Source of the DNA: Paraglaciecola sp.
Lineage (GTDB): Bacteria; Pseudomonadota; Gammaproteobacteria; Enterobacterales; Alteromonadaceae
Direction: 5' to 3'
Assembly: GCA_034111145.1 (NCBI GenBank)
Contig: JAWUXU010000019.1
Span: forward strand, 3,123 to 67,122
DNA: 64,000 nt
Positions within the stretch are counted from its first letter, which is position 1. Each line of letters begins with the position of its first letter. The translations under genes were made by a program, and so were the position numbers. A model generated the notes under the pieces. That model saw nothing but the letters and a program-made list of their open reading frames with translations. It searched no databases and was not told where the DNA came from. Shown piece after piece: positions 1 to 11,219 of this stretch.

Positions 1-1
1 T

Positions 2-739
2 ACTGAAGATCAGTTTAAAGTACATGGTTTATCTGTTTTTAAAGACGATCAGGTCGAGATGCTGGAAAGCTGGCTAACTCAGGGAGTCAATGCGACACGA
101 GCCACCTTAGGTATTTATCCCACACCACTGTCATTGCACCTCTATCCAAAAAAATCCAATCAACCTGTACCTTGGGCTTATACAAGACGAGACGGCAAAG
201 GCAGCGTACATTTTCATGTGGACCCTCGTTTTGATCTAACAAAATTTGTAGATGATTGGACCATTTATCATGAATTGGCGCATATGGCCTTACCCTATTT
301 AGGCTCAGAATATAGATGGTTTTCAGAAGGTTTTGCCAGTTTTATGCAGTATCAAATCATGGCGCAAGCAAATGTCTTAAAAGGGACATTAGACGAACGT
401 TACCAAGCTAAAATTTCACCCCATTTACGTTGGTTTAATAGTGACCTAACCGCCGCATCCATTGCCACGAGATTAATGGACAACCAGCAATACCCCGCAG
501 CCTATTGGGGAGGAGCATACTTTTTTGTTTATGCGGATCAGTTATTAGTTCAAAATCACAATTCCACTTTGACTGAACTTATAACTCACTATCAATACTG
601 TTGCCGCACAAAAGATAATGACCTGGCTGATGTGGTTACTTCCCTTGACGGTATCTTAGGTGACAAGCTATTTGGCAATTTGTTGAAGCGATATGAAACT
701 GCACCAGCTCGACAGTTGTATCCAGAAAGATTTGAGTGA
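2..739 (+). CDS. Putative zinc metallopeptidase (HExxH, gluzincin/M61-like); 5' end lies outside the window
   Basis: The frame is open from base 2 to the track ATG at 59, so the gene is probably partial. Motifs YHELAH and WFSEGFASF (HExxH...E). Confidence 0.6.
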   Translation, partial: TEDQFKVHGLSVFKDDQVEMLESWLTQGVNATRATLGIYPTPLSLHLYPKKSNQPVPWAYTRRDGKGSVHFHVDPRFDLTKFVDDWTIYHELAHMALPYLGSEYRWFSEGFASFMQYQIMAQANVLKGTLDERYQAKISPHLRWFNSDLTAASIATRLMDNQQYPAAYWGGAYFFVYADQLLVQNHNSTLTELITHYQYCCRTKDNDLADVVTSLDGILGDKLFGNLLKRYETAPARQLYPERFE

Positions 740-1019
740 TACCAATCCTATATTCATTAAATTCTAGCCATGTTATTTTTTATCACTCAGTCAATAAGTT
801 CAATGTTCAAATACCAAAACACATATATGATGTAGGTGTTTCAAAAATGTAATCATCGACTCACTATGGTTATAATGTCTTCGCTTTATTTCCTATTTCG
901 ATGTCACAAAGATATTTAAATTTATAAGCGACTCTTACATATCACCTTTGATTGAGAATGGCTTAACCTGTAAAGTTAAATGTTGATAAAGCCCTGATAG
1001 GAATTAACAAACTAAAAAC

Positions 1020-1712
1020 ATGATCTCAATTAATAACTCACTAGATTTCACACATATAAAAAGACAATACGCTGTTGACGACCGTGTTCGCATCGAAAAT
1101 ATTTTCAGCGAAAACTCAGCTCTAAGAACACACAACTCGTTGAATACTGGTACCGCATTTGATTTAGCTTTTATTAAGGATGGTCGCCCAACTTTAGCAA
1201 GCGCCAAAGACTTGGCTGCTCTTTCGGCACAAGAACAACACAATATGCGCAAATCAATTTTAGAGCTTGGCTCGCAAGGCATTGGCTACCTATATGGACG
1301 ACATCAAATTGAGGCTCATTCCGACAAAACCTTTGTTGCCGTTAAAGAATGGCTTAACGACAAGAAGACCCTTGACCTAGTCAAAGATTTAACCGGTATG
1401 ATGGATATTGAATTGGCTAGCGCACAAGCAACACGGTATATGAACGGGCATTTTTTAACACGACATCAAGACATCCATGAAGTGGAAAAACGCAGGCTCG
1501 CCTATGTTCTTAATTTTAGTGAAAATTGGCATCCAGATTGGGGCGGCTTATTACAGTTCTATGAAACAAACGGAACGCCAAGAGATGCTTGGTCACCGAT
1601 GTTTAACTCCATGACTATATTTGATGTTAGGCACATACATGCTGTGACCTATGTCGCACCACTTGCAGCTAAACCAAGACTTGCCATTACTGGTTGGTTT
1701 AGAGCGTCTTAA
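1020..1712 (+). CDS. 2OG-Fe(II) oxygenase (prolyl-4-hydroxylase/SM-20-like)
   Basis: HQD...H facial triad (LTRHQD, HIHAV), WGGLLQF, and RLAITGWF with the 2OG-binding Arg. Confidence 0.85.
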   Translation: MISINNSLDFTHIKRQYAVDDRVRIENIFSENSALRTHNSLNTGTAFDLAFIKDGRPTLASAKDLAALSAQEQHNMRKSILELGSQGIGYLYGRHQIEAHSDKTFVAVKEWLNDKKTLDLVKDLTGMMDIELASAQATRYMNGHFLTRHQDIHEVEKRRLAYVLNFSENWHPDWGGLLQFYETNGTPRDAWSPMFNSMTIFDVRHIHAVTYVAPLAAKPRLAITGWFRAS

Positions 1713-1741
1713 ATCTTGTGGCCAATCAGGATTGAATTGAT

Positions 1742-1771
1742 AAAGAGCCAAACCCTCTGGTTTGACTCTTT
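1742..1771. terminator. Bidirectional intrinsic terminator between convergent genes
   Basis: Inverted repeat AAAGAGCCAAACC-CTCT-GGTTTGACTCTTT. Confidence 0.7.
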
Positions 1772-1781
1772 ATCTTTGAAA

Positions 1782-3641
1782 CTAACCCTTGTGTTGTTCA
1801 ATCCATCTATCAATTTTCGCCTCAAGTATTGGCATAGGTAAGGCACCGTCGATCAGTACTTGAGTATGAAATTTCTTCACATCAAATTTTTCGCCTAGTA
1901 TCTGCTGTGCTTTATTTCTGAGCATGCGGATATGTCTTTGGCCTACTTTGTAACTGACTGCTTGCCCGCCTATAGCGATATAACGTTCTACTTCAGCTTC
2001 TATATCTGATGGCGCAAGAGACGAATTATCTATCATAAAATCAATCGCTTGTTGGCGGGTCCAACCAAAAGCGTGTAAACCTGTATCCACCACTAGACGC
2101 ATGGCTCGTAGCTGTTCATCTGATAAACGGCCATACCACATATATGGGTCGGTGAATAAGCCCATTTCTTTGCCTAAACTTTCAGCGTAAAGCGCCCAGC
2201 CTTCTGCAAATACAGTGTAACCACCAAATTTACGAAAATCTGGCAAACTTTCTACTTCTTGTTGAATGGCAATTTGAAAATGGTGGCCGGGGGCGGCTTC
2301 GTGAACACTTAAGGTTTCCATCAAGTATTTAGGCTGTGCTTTTAAGTTATAAGCATTGATATAAAATATACCAGGGCGAGAGCCATCTGGTGCTGGGCTT
2401 TGATAACTTGCTCCTGCAGATGATGCTGCACGAAATGCTTCTACGGCCCTAACTTCATAGTCAGCTTGAGGAAAAACGTCGAACAACAAGGGTACGAGGC
2501 TATCAATTTTTTCTTTTACTTGGGTATAACCATCAATTAAGTCTTGCTCTGACTCAAAGAAGAATTGCTCATCGGTTCGCAAAAATTCAAAAAAAGCCGG
2601 TAAGTCACCATCAAACCCAACTGTTTCTTTAACCTTAGTCATTTCAGCTAGAATACGTGCCACTTCTTGTTGACCAAAAGTATGAATTTCCTTAGCCGTT
2701 AAAGGCAAAGTCGTATTGGTTTCGATTCTATACTCATACCACGCTTTGCCATTAGGCAAGTCGGATAGTCCAAAAGTCTCGCGACCTTCTGCTAGGTAAA
2801 CCTCAGACATAAATTTGTGTACACGGCTATAGGCCGGCATGATGACATTTTTTATGCTGTCAACATAAGCTCTTTTTATGCTTGTTTTTGCAGACTCTGA
2901 AATAACCTCATTATTTTGCAGGTTTTCTAAAGGACCATAAAAAACACTTTGAGTCACATCTTCCAAAACATGCACTTGCAACTGAGGTAATACCTTTTTA
3001 ATCAGTGGCTTAGGTAATACTACTGATTGTTCAATACCTTGTTGCATAGCCACTATTACGCTGTCCATATAAACAGCAAAGCCATCAGCCCTGTTGATAA
3101 AGTTGCGATAGTCCTGAGCTGTATTAAAAGGTTGTGCACTTTGACCAGAGCCAAGCGTGGCGAAAGTAGTATGTGCGCCGCCCATCTGATGAATAGGAAT
3201 AAGGTGACTCGGAAATTTGCTACCTTCGATGTCTAGTTCTCTGGCACTCAAAAATATCTCATAACTTAATAAATCCTGTCCGCTAAATGTCGATGTATCA
3301 ATCGTCATCACCTCAGCCAAATATCTCTTTTCAAACGCTAAGGCCTTAGCAATATTCTCATTGTTAATTGGCAGGCTGAACCGATCATTGTATTGATTGA
3401 CCCCCACGTAGGTCGCATAAATGGGATGCATCTGCATACTTTCGTCAAAATACGCTTGATACAATGCTTTCGCTTTTTCAGACTCTGATGCTATTTCTGC
3501 AATACTTTGTTGTGAACTCTCTCCTGTACTCTGAGCAACGCTCTCCTGTTTAACTAGTTCAGCTTGTGGTGTATCTGGCTGACTGCAACCCGCTAACCCA
3601 AGTGAAAAAGCAATGGCAAAGGTAAGATATTTTTTATTCAT
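1782..3641 (-). CDS. DUF885 family lipoprotein (putative metallopeptidase)
   Basis: Lipobox LAGC; HEAAPGHHFQ, EGWALYAE, RAMRLVVDTGLH and EVERY motifs typical of DUF885. Confidence 0.9.
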   Translation of the reverse strand: MNKKYLTFAIAFSLGLAGCSQPDTPQAELVKQESVAQSTGESSQQSIAEIASESEKAKALYQAYFDESMQMHPIYATYVGVNQYNDRFSLPINNENIAKALAFEKRYLAEVMTIDTSTFSGQDLLSYEIFLSARELDIEGSKFPSHLIPIHQMGGAHTTFATLGSGQSAQPFNTAQDYRNFINRADGFAVYMDSVIVAMQQGIEQSVVLPKPLIKKVLPQLQVHVLEDVTQSVFYGPLENLQNNEVISESAKTSIKRAYVDSIKNVIMPAYSRVHKFMSEVYLAEGRETFGLSDLPNGKAWYEYRIETNTTLPLTAKEIHTFGQQEVARILAEMTKVKETVGFDGDLPAFFEFLRTDEQFFFESEQDLIDGYTQVKEKIDSLVPLLFDVFPQADYEVRAVEAFRAASSAGASYQSPAPDGSRPGIFYINAYNLKAQPKYLMETLSVHEAAPGHHFQIAIQQEVESLPDFRKFGGYTVFAEGWALYAESLGKEMGLFTDPYMWYGRLSDEQLRAMRLVVDTGLHAFGWTRQQAIDFMIDNSSLAPSDIEAEVERYIAIGGQAVSYKVGQRHIRMLRNKAQQILGEKFDVKKFHTQVLIDGALPMPILEAKIDRWIEQHKG

Positions 3642-3718
3642 TAGTGACTCTCTGTATTTGGTCTTTATTTGGTCTGTATTTTAGAATTTATGATTGCTGT
3701 AAACATCCATATTCTAAG

Positions 3719-5050
3719 TTATTGCAGACTTTTTATAAGATGAAATTGGGTTTGACGACCATCTAAATAATTGACACCAGATTGATCGAAATAAGCTTCT
3801 TCTTCGAGCATAATACGGATTTCTTTTTTCCACTCTGGGATAAAGGTCGCGGCATTAAGTTCAATAGAATAAGCCGTATTAAAATGTAATGCATAATCAC
3901 CCTGCACTGGAACACCCCCCTGCGAATCCCACATTCCCAGCGTAGTGCCTGCAGCATGTCCATGATAACCAATAGGATGAGTATAAATAGAGGGTTTAAT
4001 GCCTTCTTTTATAGCTTGTTGGCGTGATAGCTTTAACACTTCGTTGCCCGTGCGGCCCACTTTAAAGTTTGCGGTAAAAATATCCTGCAAACGATTGGCA
4101 CTAGCTAAGGCTTTTTTCAAATACAGCGGAGCATCAGTTTCATTCGGTTTAAGCACATAAGCATGTTGTTGCTGGTCTGAATGCAGACGCAAATAGGTTA
4201 AGCCAAAATCCATATGTAATAAGTCACCTGGCATAATGGTTTGTGCTTTAGGACGCTGACTGAACGCTTTTAAATGATCAAATTTTTCAGTACTCGAACG
4301 CTGTAATGACACGGAAGGATGAAACCAAGTTTGTAACCTTAATTCTAATACCTTTTCTCTTAGCCACCACGCTATATCTTCGGTAGTGGTGACACCTGGC
4401 ACAACAACTTGGTTTGAAAATGCTTCGGCAATGACCTGATGACCTAATTTAATCAAATTAGGATAAACCTGCATTTCCATTTCGCTGCGGGTTTCAAGCC
4501 AAGCAATTGCCAATTTCTCCGAGGACACCAACCGAATCTCAGTTTGTTTAGCTAGTACTTCGCTAAATTCCTCATATTCTGTAGCGGTGATCCCATCTGC
4601 AAGTGCAAAATGCTGAGATTTATTAATAGCCACCTTCTTGGGCTGTTTTTGCTTAATCATTTTGACAAGACTATCCCACTGATCGGGTTGTTTTTCTTTG
4701 TCCCAAGACTTTCTAAATAAACTATCAACCGCGTATCGTGCAACAGCTAAGCGTTCGATCGGCTGACCTTCACCAGGATCAAAAAGCACTAAAATTGTGC
4801 GCCTTCGTGCAGATAGCCAGTTTGCAGGAAGCATAGTTTTAAGTATAGGGTCTTCATTATATTCACGTGATATCAGTACCCACATATCAATGCCCTCACG
4901 ACGCATCAAGCTTGGCAGTAAGTTTTGTAACCTTTCCTCCAGTATCTGATTGATAAGCTGTGCTCGCGCGCGCATGGGCAATACATTTGGTTGCGCAAAA
5001 CAATTTGTACAAAATATTAAAAACAATAATCCAGCTATCTTATTTTTCAT
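3719..5050 (-). CDS. Secreted M24 family Xaa-Pro aminopeptidase
   Basis: Signal peptide MKNKIAGLLFLIFCTNCFA (start 5050 preferred over 5077); metal-ligand motifs HMDFG, HSDQQQ, HPIGYHGH, SIE, EEE. Confidence 0.8.
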   Translation of the reverse strand: MKNKIAGLLFLIFCTNCFAQPNVLPMRARAQLINQILEERLQNLLPSLMRREGIDMWVLISREYNEDPILKTMLPANWLSARRRTILVLFDPGEGQPIERLAVARYAVDSLFRKSWDKEKQPDQWDSLVKMIKQKQPKKVAINKSQHFALADGITATEYEEFSEVLAKQTEIRLVSSEKLAIAWLETRSEMEMQVYPNLIKLGHQVIAEAFSNQVVVPGVTTTEDIAWWLREKVLELRLQTWFHPSVSLQRSSTEKFDHLKAFSQRPKAQTIMPGDLLHMDFGLTYLRLHSDQQQHAYVLKPNETDAPLYLKKALASANRLQDIFTANFKVGRTGNEVLKLSRQQAIKEGIKPSIYTHPIGYHGHAAGTTLGMWDSQGGVPVQGDYALHFNTAYSIELNAATFIPEWKKEIRIMLEEEAYFDQSGVNYLDGRQTQFHLIKSLQ

Positions 5051-5175
5051 CTTATTCACTTCACTTATATTAATCATATTTATATATCAGTTTTTCGAAC
5101 TCTAACTTAATGGAATGATTAGTTAATTTCGAGAGCAAGCGTTACAGTAAGCAAAAATAAAACTATGATAACACT

Positions 5176-6183
5176 ATGAAAAAACATATCTATATTGCAT
5201 ATACAGGCGGCACCATCGGTATGCGCCCTTCTTCCCACGGCTTCATTCCTGCTGCTGGTTTTTTAACTGAAACGTTAGCTAATATGCCTGAGTTTCATCG
5301 CAGCGAAATGCCTGATTTTACAATCCACGAATACGATAACCTGATTGACTCTTCCGATATGAGTCCGTCTGATTGGCAAAAAATCGCTAATGATATTCAT
5401 CGAAATTACCAAAGATACGATGGCTTTATTATTTTGCATGGCACAGACACTATGGCTTACACTGCTTCAGCGCTGTCGTTTATGCTTGAGGACTTAGGTA
5501 AACCGGTGATTGTTACAGGTTCGCAAATTCCCCTTGCCCAGTTGCGATCTGACGGACAGGTAAACTTATTGAATGCGTTGTATATTGCAGCCAACTACCC
5601 TATTGCTGAAGTCACATTATTTTTCAACAATCAACTATTTAGAGGCAATCGCAGCCGCAAGCTTGATTCTGATGGGTTTAACGCTTTTGATTCACCTAAT
5701 TTTCCGGTGTTGCTGAGAGCGGGAATAAATATTGAGGTTGATAAAAACATACTGGGCATCGACACCAGTAAAAATTTGCATGTTAATCAGATTGAATCAC
5801 AACCTATCGGTGTAGTGACTTTATACCCTGGCATCAGTACTGATGTGATTAGAAACACCTTACAGCAACCCGTTAAGGCCTTAATATTACTTAGCTTTGG
5901 AGTCGGCAACGCACCTCAAAACGCAAGCTTACTGAAACAATTATCCATTGCTGATCAACAAGGCATAATTGTTTTAAATTGTACTCAATGTGTCCGCGGT
6001 AAAGTCAATATGAACGGTTATGCCAATGGTCATGTATTACAAGAGGTAGGCGTAGTCTCAGGCCAAGACATGACCCCAGAAGCAGCCTTAGCCAAGTTAC
6101 ATTATCTACTCAGCAAAAACATGCCACCAAACCATATCAAACGCCAATTAATTGCCAACTTATGCGGCGAGTTAACGGAATAG
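5176..6183 (+). CDS. ansA: L-asparaginase type I
   Basis: YTGGTIGM, HGTDTMAY, TGSQIP and DMTPEAALAKL motifs. Confidence 0.95.
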   Translation: MKKHIYIAYTGGTIGMRPSSHGFIPAAGFLTETLANMPEFHRSEMPDFTIHEYDNLIDSSDMSPSDWQKIANDIHRNYQRYDGFIILHGTDTMAYTASALSFMLEDLGKPVIVTGSQIPLAQLRSDGQVNLLNALYIAANYPIAEVTLFFNNQLFRGNRSRKLDSDGFNAFDSPNFPVLLRAGINIEVDKNILGIDTSKNLHVNQIESQPIGVVTLYPGISTDVIRNTLQQPVKALILLSFGVGNAPQNASLLKQLSIADQQGIIVLNCTQCVRGKVNMNGYANGHVLQEVGVVSGQDMTPEAALAKLHYLLSKNMPPNHIKRQLIANLCGELTE

Positions 6184-6340
6184 TAAAGACAAAAGCTAAC
6201 CGCAAAAGATTAGATGATTTCACCACGAGGATACACAGTGCTTCCCTCACAAAGAAAATAATCATCACTATTTTTCTCTATGTCATTTGTGTTTCACATG
6301 CTTTATTTACGCTTGCAGTTAAAGGCTGAATTTCAGGCAT

Positions 6341-6372
6341 AAAAAAAGCAAACTCAGAGGTTTGCTTTTTTT
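6341..6372. terminator. Bidirectional intrinsic terminator (csp gene / ansA)
   Basis: AAAAAAAGCAAAC-TCAGAG-GTTTGCTTTTTTT. Confidence 0.85.
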
Positions 6373-6395
6373 GCAGTATTCTAATTATTTGATAA

Positions 6396-6602
6396 TTAAA
6401 GTACTACGATGTTATCAGCTTGCGGACCTTTTTGTCCTTGAGTTACAGTGAACTCAACTTTTTGACCTTCAGCCAAGGTTTTAAAGCCCGTACCTGTTAT
6501 AGCTCGGAAATGAGCAAAAACATCAGGGCCGTTTTCTTGTTGAATGAAACCGAAACCTTTCGATTCGTTGAACCACTTTACTGTACCTGTAGTTGCAGAC
6601 AT
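6396..6602 (-). CDS. Cold-shock protein, CspA family
   Basis: RNP1/RNP2 motifs KGFGFI and VFAHF; 68 aa. Confidence 0.97.
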   Translation of the reverse strand: MSATTGTVKWFNESKGFGFIQQENGPDVFAHFRAITGTGFKTLAEGQKVEFTVTQGQKGPQADNIVVL

Positions 6603-6756
6603 AGTTTTTCCTATATTTTCAAGAGTAATTGTGTCTTCTAAGACACGTTAGTTGTGCTGAAGTGTGTTGCAATTACTTATGAGCTACGAGACCGGGTACT
6701 GCTATGGAACGTCGAAACAATGTACATAAATGTCAAACTTACTTTCAAGCTCAATA

Positions 6757-6784
6757 AGTATATCTCTAACATACCGCAGGTCAA
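6757..6784 (-). promoter_or_regulatory. Sigma-70 promoter of the csp gene, giving a ~150-nt 5' UTR
   Basis: Minus strand reads TTGACC-N16-TATACT. A long 5' UTR is typical of cold-induced csp genes. Confidence 0.6.
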
Positions 6785-6998
6785 CAACTATTATTAATAA
6801 TAAATTTTAACGAACAAGGGTATTTGTTTCAATTAGTTAGTCATAGAGTTGTGATCAATGTGTCATCTTTATTAAGAGTCATTAGCCTTTAACAACTGTT
6901 TATATATCAATCAATTTGGCCAAGTGGTTCTGAGCAACTGTAGGCGAGTATTTAATCAAAAAAAATAACCCCGCTGCAAACGCCTAATATCCTGTAAA

Positions 6999-8161
6999 TC
7001 ACATACGCTTAGAAGAAACAAATACTAGGCTCATCGCGGAAAGACCCGCAGCCATTGCAGCTAGGGTAAAAGTCAATTCAGCGCCTTGGCCTTGCTGCCA
7101 AAAATAACCAGTTCCATAAGCCCCTATCGCTCCACCTATACCGAAGCCAACGCTGATATAGATAGCCTGCGCCTGACTTTGAAACTTATTACCAAAATAG
7201 TGATGAATAAAATGCATAGATGCCGCGTGAGTCATGCCAAAGCTAAATGCATGTAATGCTTGGCTTACCAATAATATTGCAGGTTTGTTTGCAGCCACAG
7301 CCAATAAATACCAACGCAGCGCAGTCAGTAAAATACTGATTACTAAAATCCACTTTACGCCAAATAATGTTATTAATTTTCCTGCCTGCAAAAAAATGAC
7401 GACTTCTGCCAATACACCTAATGCAATCAGCCAGCCAGTTGTTTGGCCGCTGTAACCTAAATCAAGAACGTATAATGCAAAAAACCGTAATAGGCACCAA
7501 AGCTCAGTTGTAACAAAGCGGCTGAAAGTAAAAAAGCATAAAAAACAGGTGTATTAATTTTATGCCAAATAGAGACTTGGTGAGGGTCAGTGCTTTTTTC
7601 TTGTGGCGGCTGTTTTAATAATAAAGTGACAGCAAACAAGCTTAACAACACCATTGCACCCACATAAATGGGCGCATCGCTAGAAAACACATCGATCATT
7701 TTTCCGGTAAAGATGGTCAGCAGAATATATCCAATGCTACCCCATAACCTTATTCGCCCGTAACGTGAGGCATGACCCAACACACAATTTAAGGTTAGCC
7801 CCTCAATTTGCGGTAAAATAGCGGTCCAAAACATCATCATCAAGGCAAAACTCAGGGTCAATGCCCAGAAGCCATCTACAAAAAACACCAAACAAAACGT
7901 ACCGAAAGTTAGTAATGAGCCAAGTTGCAGAACCACAAGCGCCCTACCCGACTTATCAGCAAGTACCGCCCATAAATTTGGTCCTACTATACGAGCAACG
8001 GCAATCATTGCAAAGAGCTCACCTATCTCACTGGATGAAAATCCTCTGCCATCTAGAAAAACCCCTAGGTAGGGCATCAGCACACCAAACTGCCCGAAAT
8101 AGAACAGATACGTCATAGCGAGTAGAATTAGATTTGAGGTGGAAAATGCAGATTTAGTCAA
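6999..8161 (-). pseudogene. MFS transporter (HcaT/MFS_1-like), frameshifted in a homopolymer (true pseudogene or sequencing error)
   Basis: ORFs 7457-8161 and 6999-7412 are the N- and C-halves. Adding one T to the T6 run (plus-strand A6 at 7479-7484) restores YYGFFALYVLDLGYSGQTTGWLIALGVLAEV. Confidence 0.85.
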
Positions 8162-8191
8162 TGTAAATACTTAAGTTTGGGAATTAAAAAT

Positions 8192-8228
<37 letters not shown>

Positions 8229-8246
8229 TATAATCTGGAAAGGATG

Positions 8247-9374
8247 TTATACCTTGCCAGGCTGGACCTGCCGATGCCCAGCCTGTGCAGCAATTATAGG
8301 AGTAGAACTTTGCACATCCGCATTTTGTCCGCGATGTCGAAGTAAATGATCCATCACCACTAAGGCCATCATCGCTTCAGCAATAGGCACTGCCCTGATA
8401 CCCACACAAGGATCGTGTCTGCCTTTAGTGATCACTTCAGCCGTTTTTCCATGCACGTCTATGGTTTCACCGGGAATACTAATGCTTGAAGTAGGTTTCA
8501 GTGCCATATGCACCACTAAATCTTGACCTGTTGATATTCCACCTAACACCCCACCAGAACGGTTTGAGGTAAATCCTTCTGGTGTTAATGCATCACGATG
8601 TTCGCTACCCTTTTGTTCTACCGTAGCAAAGCCATCACCTACTTCTACGCCCTTGACGGCGTTTATACCCATCATGGCATGGGCTAAATCTGCATCTAAC
8701 CTGTCAAAAATAGGCTCGCCCAAACCAACAGGCATATTAGTAGCGACTACTGACACTTTCGCTCCAATAGAATCACCTTGCTTTTTAAGGTCACGCATAT
8801 AGATATCAAGAGCTTCAATCTTGCTCTCATCAGGACAAAAAAATGGATTGGTATTAATAAATTCGTAATCAACTGTTTCAACTTTAATCGGCCCTAACTG
8901 TGACAGATAACCATGAATTTCTACACCATAGCGTTGCTTTAGGTATTTTTTAGCCACGCCGCCAGCGGCGACTCTTATAGCCGTTTCGCGGGCCGAGGAG
9001 CGGCCGCCGCCACGATAATCACGAAAACCATATTTTTGCTGGTAAGTGTAGTCTGCATGACCGGGCCGGAAAGTATCTTTGATTTTAGAATAATCATTGC
9101 TACGCTGATCGGTGTTGTTGATCAACAGCCCTATACTGGTACCTGTTGTTTTACCCTCAAACACGCCAGACAAAATTTTCACTTCATCTCCTTCACGTCT
9201 AGCAGTGGTATAACGAGATGTGCCTGGTTTACGTCTGTCCAAATCACCTTGTAAATCTTCTTCAGACAACTCTAATCCGGGAGGACAGCCGTCGATAATG
9301 CCACCAATAGCAATGCCATGGCTTTCACCAAAGGTGGTGACGGTGAATAATTTACCAAAGGTATTGCCTGCCAT
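8247..9374 (-). CDS. aroC: Chorismate synthase
   Basis: MAGNTFG...[30 protein letters not shown]. Confidence 0.98.
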   Translation of the reverse strand: MAGNTFGKLFTVTTFGESHGIAIGGIIDGCPPGLELSEEDLQGDLDRRKPGTSRYTTARREGDEVKILSGVFEGKTTGTSIGLLINNTDQRSNDYSKIKDTFRPGHADYTYQQKYGFRDYRGGGRSSARETAIRVAAGGVAKKYLKQRYGVEIHGYLSQLGPIKVETVDYEFINTNPFFCPDESKIEALDIYMRDLKKQGDSIGAKVSVVATNMPVGLGEPIFDRLDADLAHAMMGINAVKGVEVGDGFATVEQKGSEHRDALTPEGFTSNRSGGVLGGISTGQDLVVHMALKPTSSISIPGETIDVHGKTAEVITKGRHDPCVGIRAVPIAEAMMALVVMDHLLRHRGQNADVQSSTPIIAAQAGHRQVQPGKV

Positions 9375-9458
9375 AATCTTAAATCCTGTTGTCTTAACTA
9401 CGTATCTTATGATGTGACTCGTACACTTATAATAATATAAATTTAATACACATCTACT

Positions 9459-10454
9459 TTAATGGTCAACCGAGCGCCAGTATTCGACTAGTTCGTTCTT
9501 GCTTATAGCAAACACACCGTGTCCGCCATTTTCAAACTCTACCCATTGAATTGGCAATTCTGGGTAACGGGTGTACATGTGCACTTCGCTATTGCCGACT
9601 TCAACAAATAACCACCCATTATCCGTTAAGTGGCTTGGAGCCTGACGTAAAATGTTGTCAACTAAATCCAGTCCGTCGGTGCCTGCTGCCAATGCCAATT
9701 CAGGCTCGTGAAGAAACTCTTCTGGCAAGTCGTGCATGTCTTCTTCATCTACGTAAGGTGGATTACTCACAATCAAATCATACTGCTGACCTTTCAACTC
9801 CCCCATCAAATCAGAATTAATGGGGTATACTCTATGGTTTAATTCATGTTCGGTGATATTTATTTCTGCTACGTCAAGGGCATCTTGGCTAATATCCACA
9901 GCGTCTACCTGCGCCTCTTCAAATGCATAGGCCAGAGCGATAGCAATACAACCACCGCCTGTACATAAATCCAAGATATGTTGTGGCTCGCTTTCACCTA
10001 TCCAATCTTCAAAGTGGTTTTGAATGAGCTCTGCAATTGGTGAGCGAGGTATAAGCACCCGCTCATCTACAAAAAATGGCAAATCACAGAACCACGCTTG
10101 GTTAGTCAGATACGGCACCGGAATACGCTCTTCAACACGGCGTTTAACTATTTCGATAATCTTTAATTTTTCTGCTTTGATTAAGCGACTATGAAATAAT
10201 TGATCGCCGGTTTGAAGTGTTAAATCTTGATGCAAATGCAATAACTGTAAAACTAAACTAACGGCTTCGTCCCAAGGGTTATCTGTACCGTGACCATAGA
10301 ACAATTCAGCCTGATTAAAACAACTCACAGACCACCTCACCATATCTAATATGGTATGCAGGTCTTCTGCTACTTGTTCTGCGTCTATTTCGGGAAAAGA
10401 ATCTGTGGTCATGTTATCGCTTAATAAATCTAGGTCCAAAGACCTTGAATACAT
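9459..10454 (-). CDS. prmB: 50S ribosomal protein L3 N5-glutamine methyltransferase (start may be 10412)
   Basis: [32 protein letters not shown] and SNPPY motifs; synteny with aroC and smrB. Confidence 0.95.
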   Translation of the reverse strand: MYSRSLDLDLLSDNMTTDSFPEIDAEQVAEDLHTILDMVRWSVSCFNQAELFYGHGTDNPWDEAVSLVLQLLHLHQDLTLQTGDQLFHSRLIKAEKLKIIEIVKRRVEERIPVPYLTNQAWFCDLPFFVDERVLIPRSPIAELIQNHFEDWIGESEPQHILDLCTGGGCIAIALAYAFEEAQVDAVDISQDALDVAEINITEHELNHRVYPINSDLMGELKGQQYDLIVSNPPYVDEEDMHDLPEEFLHEPELALAAGTDGLDLVDNILRQAPSHLTDNGWLFVEVGNSEVHMYTRYPELPIQWVEFENGGHGVFAISKNELVEYWRSVDH

Positions 10455-10512
10455 ATTCTCTGCTAGTAAATTTTGTTATGATAAACCTATAGCAGATATG
10501 TATTTGTAATGA

Positions 10513-11088
10513 ATGAAAAACACGCCAATTCACCTTAAAAATCAAAAAAATATTGATGAACCTGATCTATTTAAAAATGAGTTCAAAGATATAGCGCCTA
10601 TAGAGCAGGACAAAATACCGCCTCAACGCTTTTCCAGCAAGCAGAATTCGGGACTTACCCAAAAAAATAAGGCAAATCTAGCAGAAATGAAACAAGCTGC
10701 GGCAGCATTTGAGTTTTCAGATGGTTTTGAAGGGCATTTTGACATCGACCAACCCATCAAATATGTTAAACCGGATACCGATAATCATGAAGTCAAACGC
10801 CTTCGCAGAGGCGATTATCCACCCGAATTTATCCTCGACTTACACGGTTTTAAAAAAGAACAAGCAAAACTCGAAATCGCTGCGCTTATCCATGTAGCCC
10901 AAAAAAAACATGTTTTTTGCGTATCTATTATGCATGGGAAAGGCACCTTCGCGTTGAAAAATTCTATCCCAAATTGGTTGATGCAGCATCCTGCAGTAAT
11001 GGGGTTTCACCAAGCTCCTAAAGAATGGGGAGGTCAATCAGCGCTGCTTGTATTGATAGACTTGCCTTCACACCACGCAAAGTATTAA
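10513..11088 (+). CDS. smrB: Smr-domain ribosome rescue endonuclease SmrB
   Basis: LRRGDY.PE..LDLHG, IMHGKG, FHQAPKEWGG; divergent from prmB. Confidence 0.92.
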   Translation: MKNTPIHLKNQKNIDEPDLFKNEFKDIAPIEQDKIPPQRFSSKQNSGLTQKNKANLAEMKQAAAAFEFSDGFEGHFDIDQPIKYVKPDTDNHEVKRLRRGDYPPEFILDLHGFKKEQAKLEIAALIHVAQKKHVFCVSIMHGKGTFALKNSIPNWLMQHPAVMGFHQAPKEWGGQSALLVLIDLPSHHAKY

Positions 11089-11219
11089 GTCGCTTACTGC
11101 TTATCCTAACCATTCGACAAACAGCTTATAATCTAATAAATTTTATTCTTAAGTGAAAATGACTAAAAATATGCCATGATACAGCGGGTTGAACGAGTTA
11201 CTTAGGATGATAATTAACG

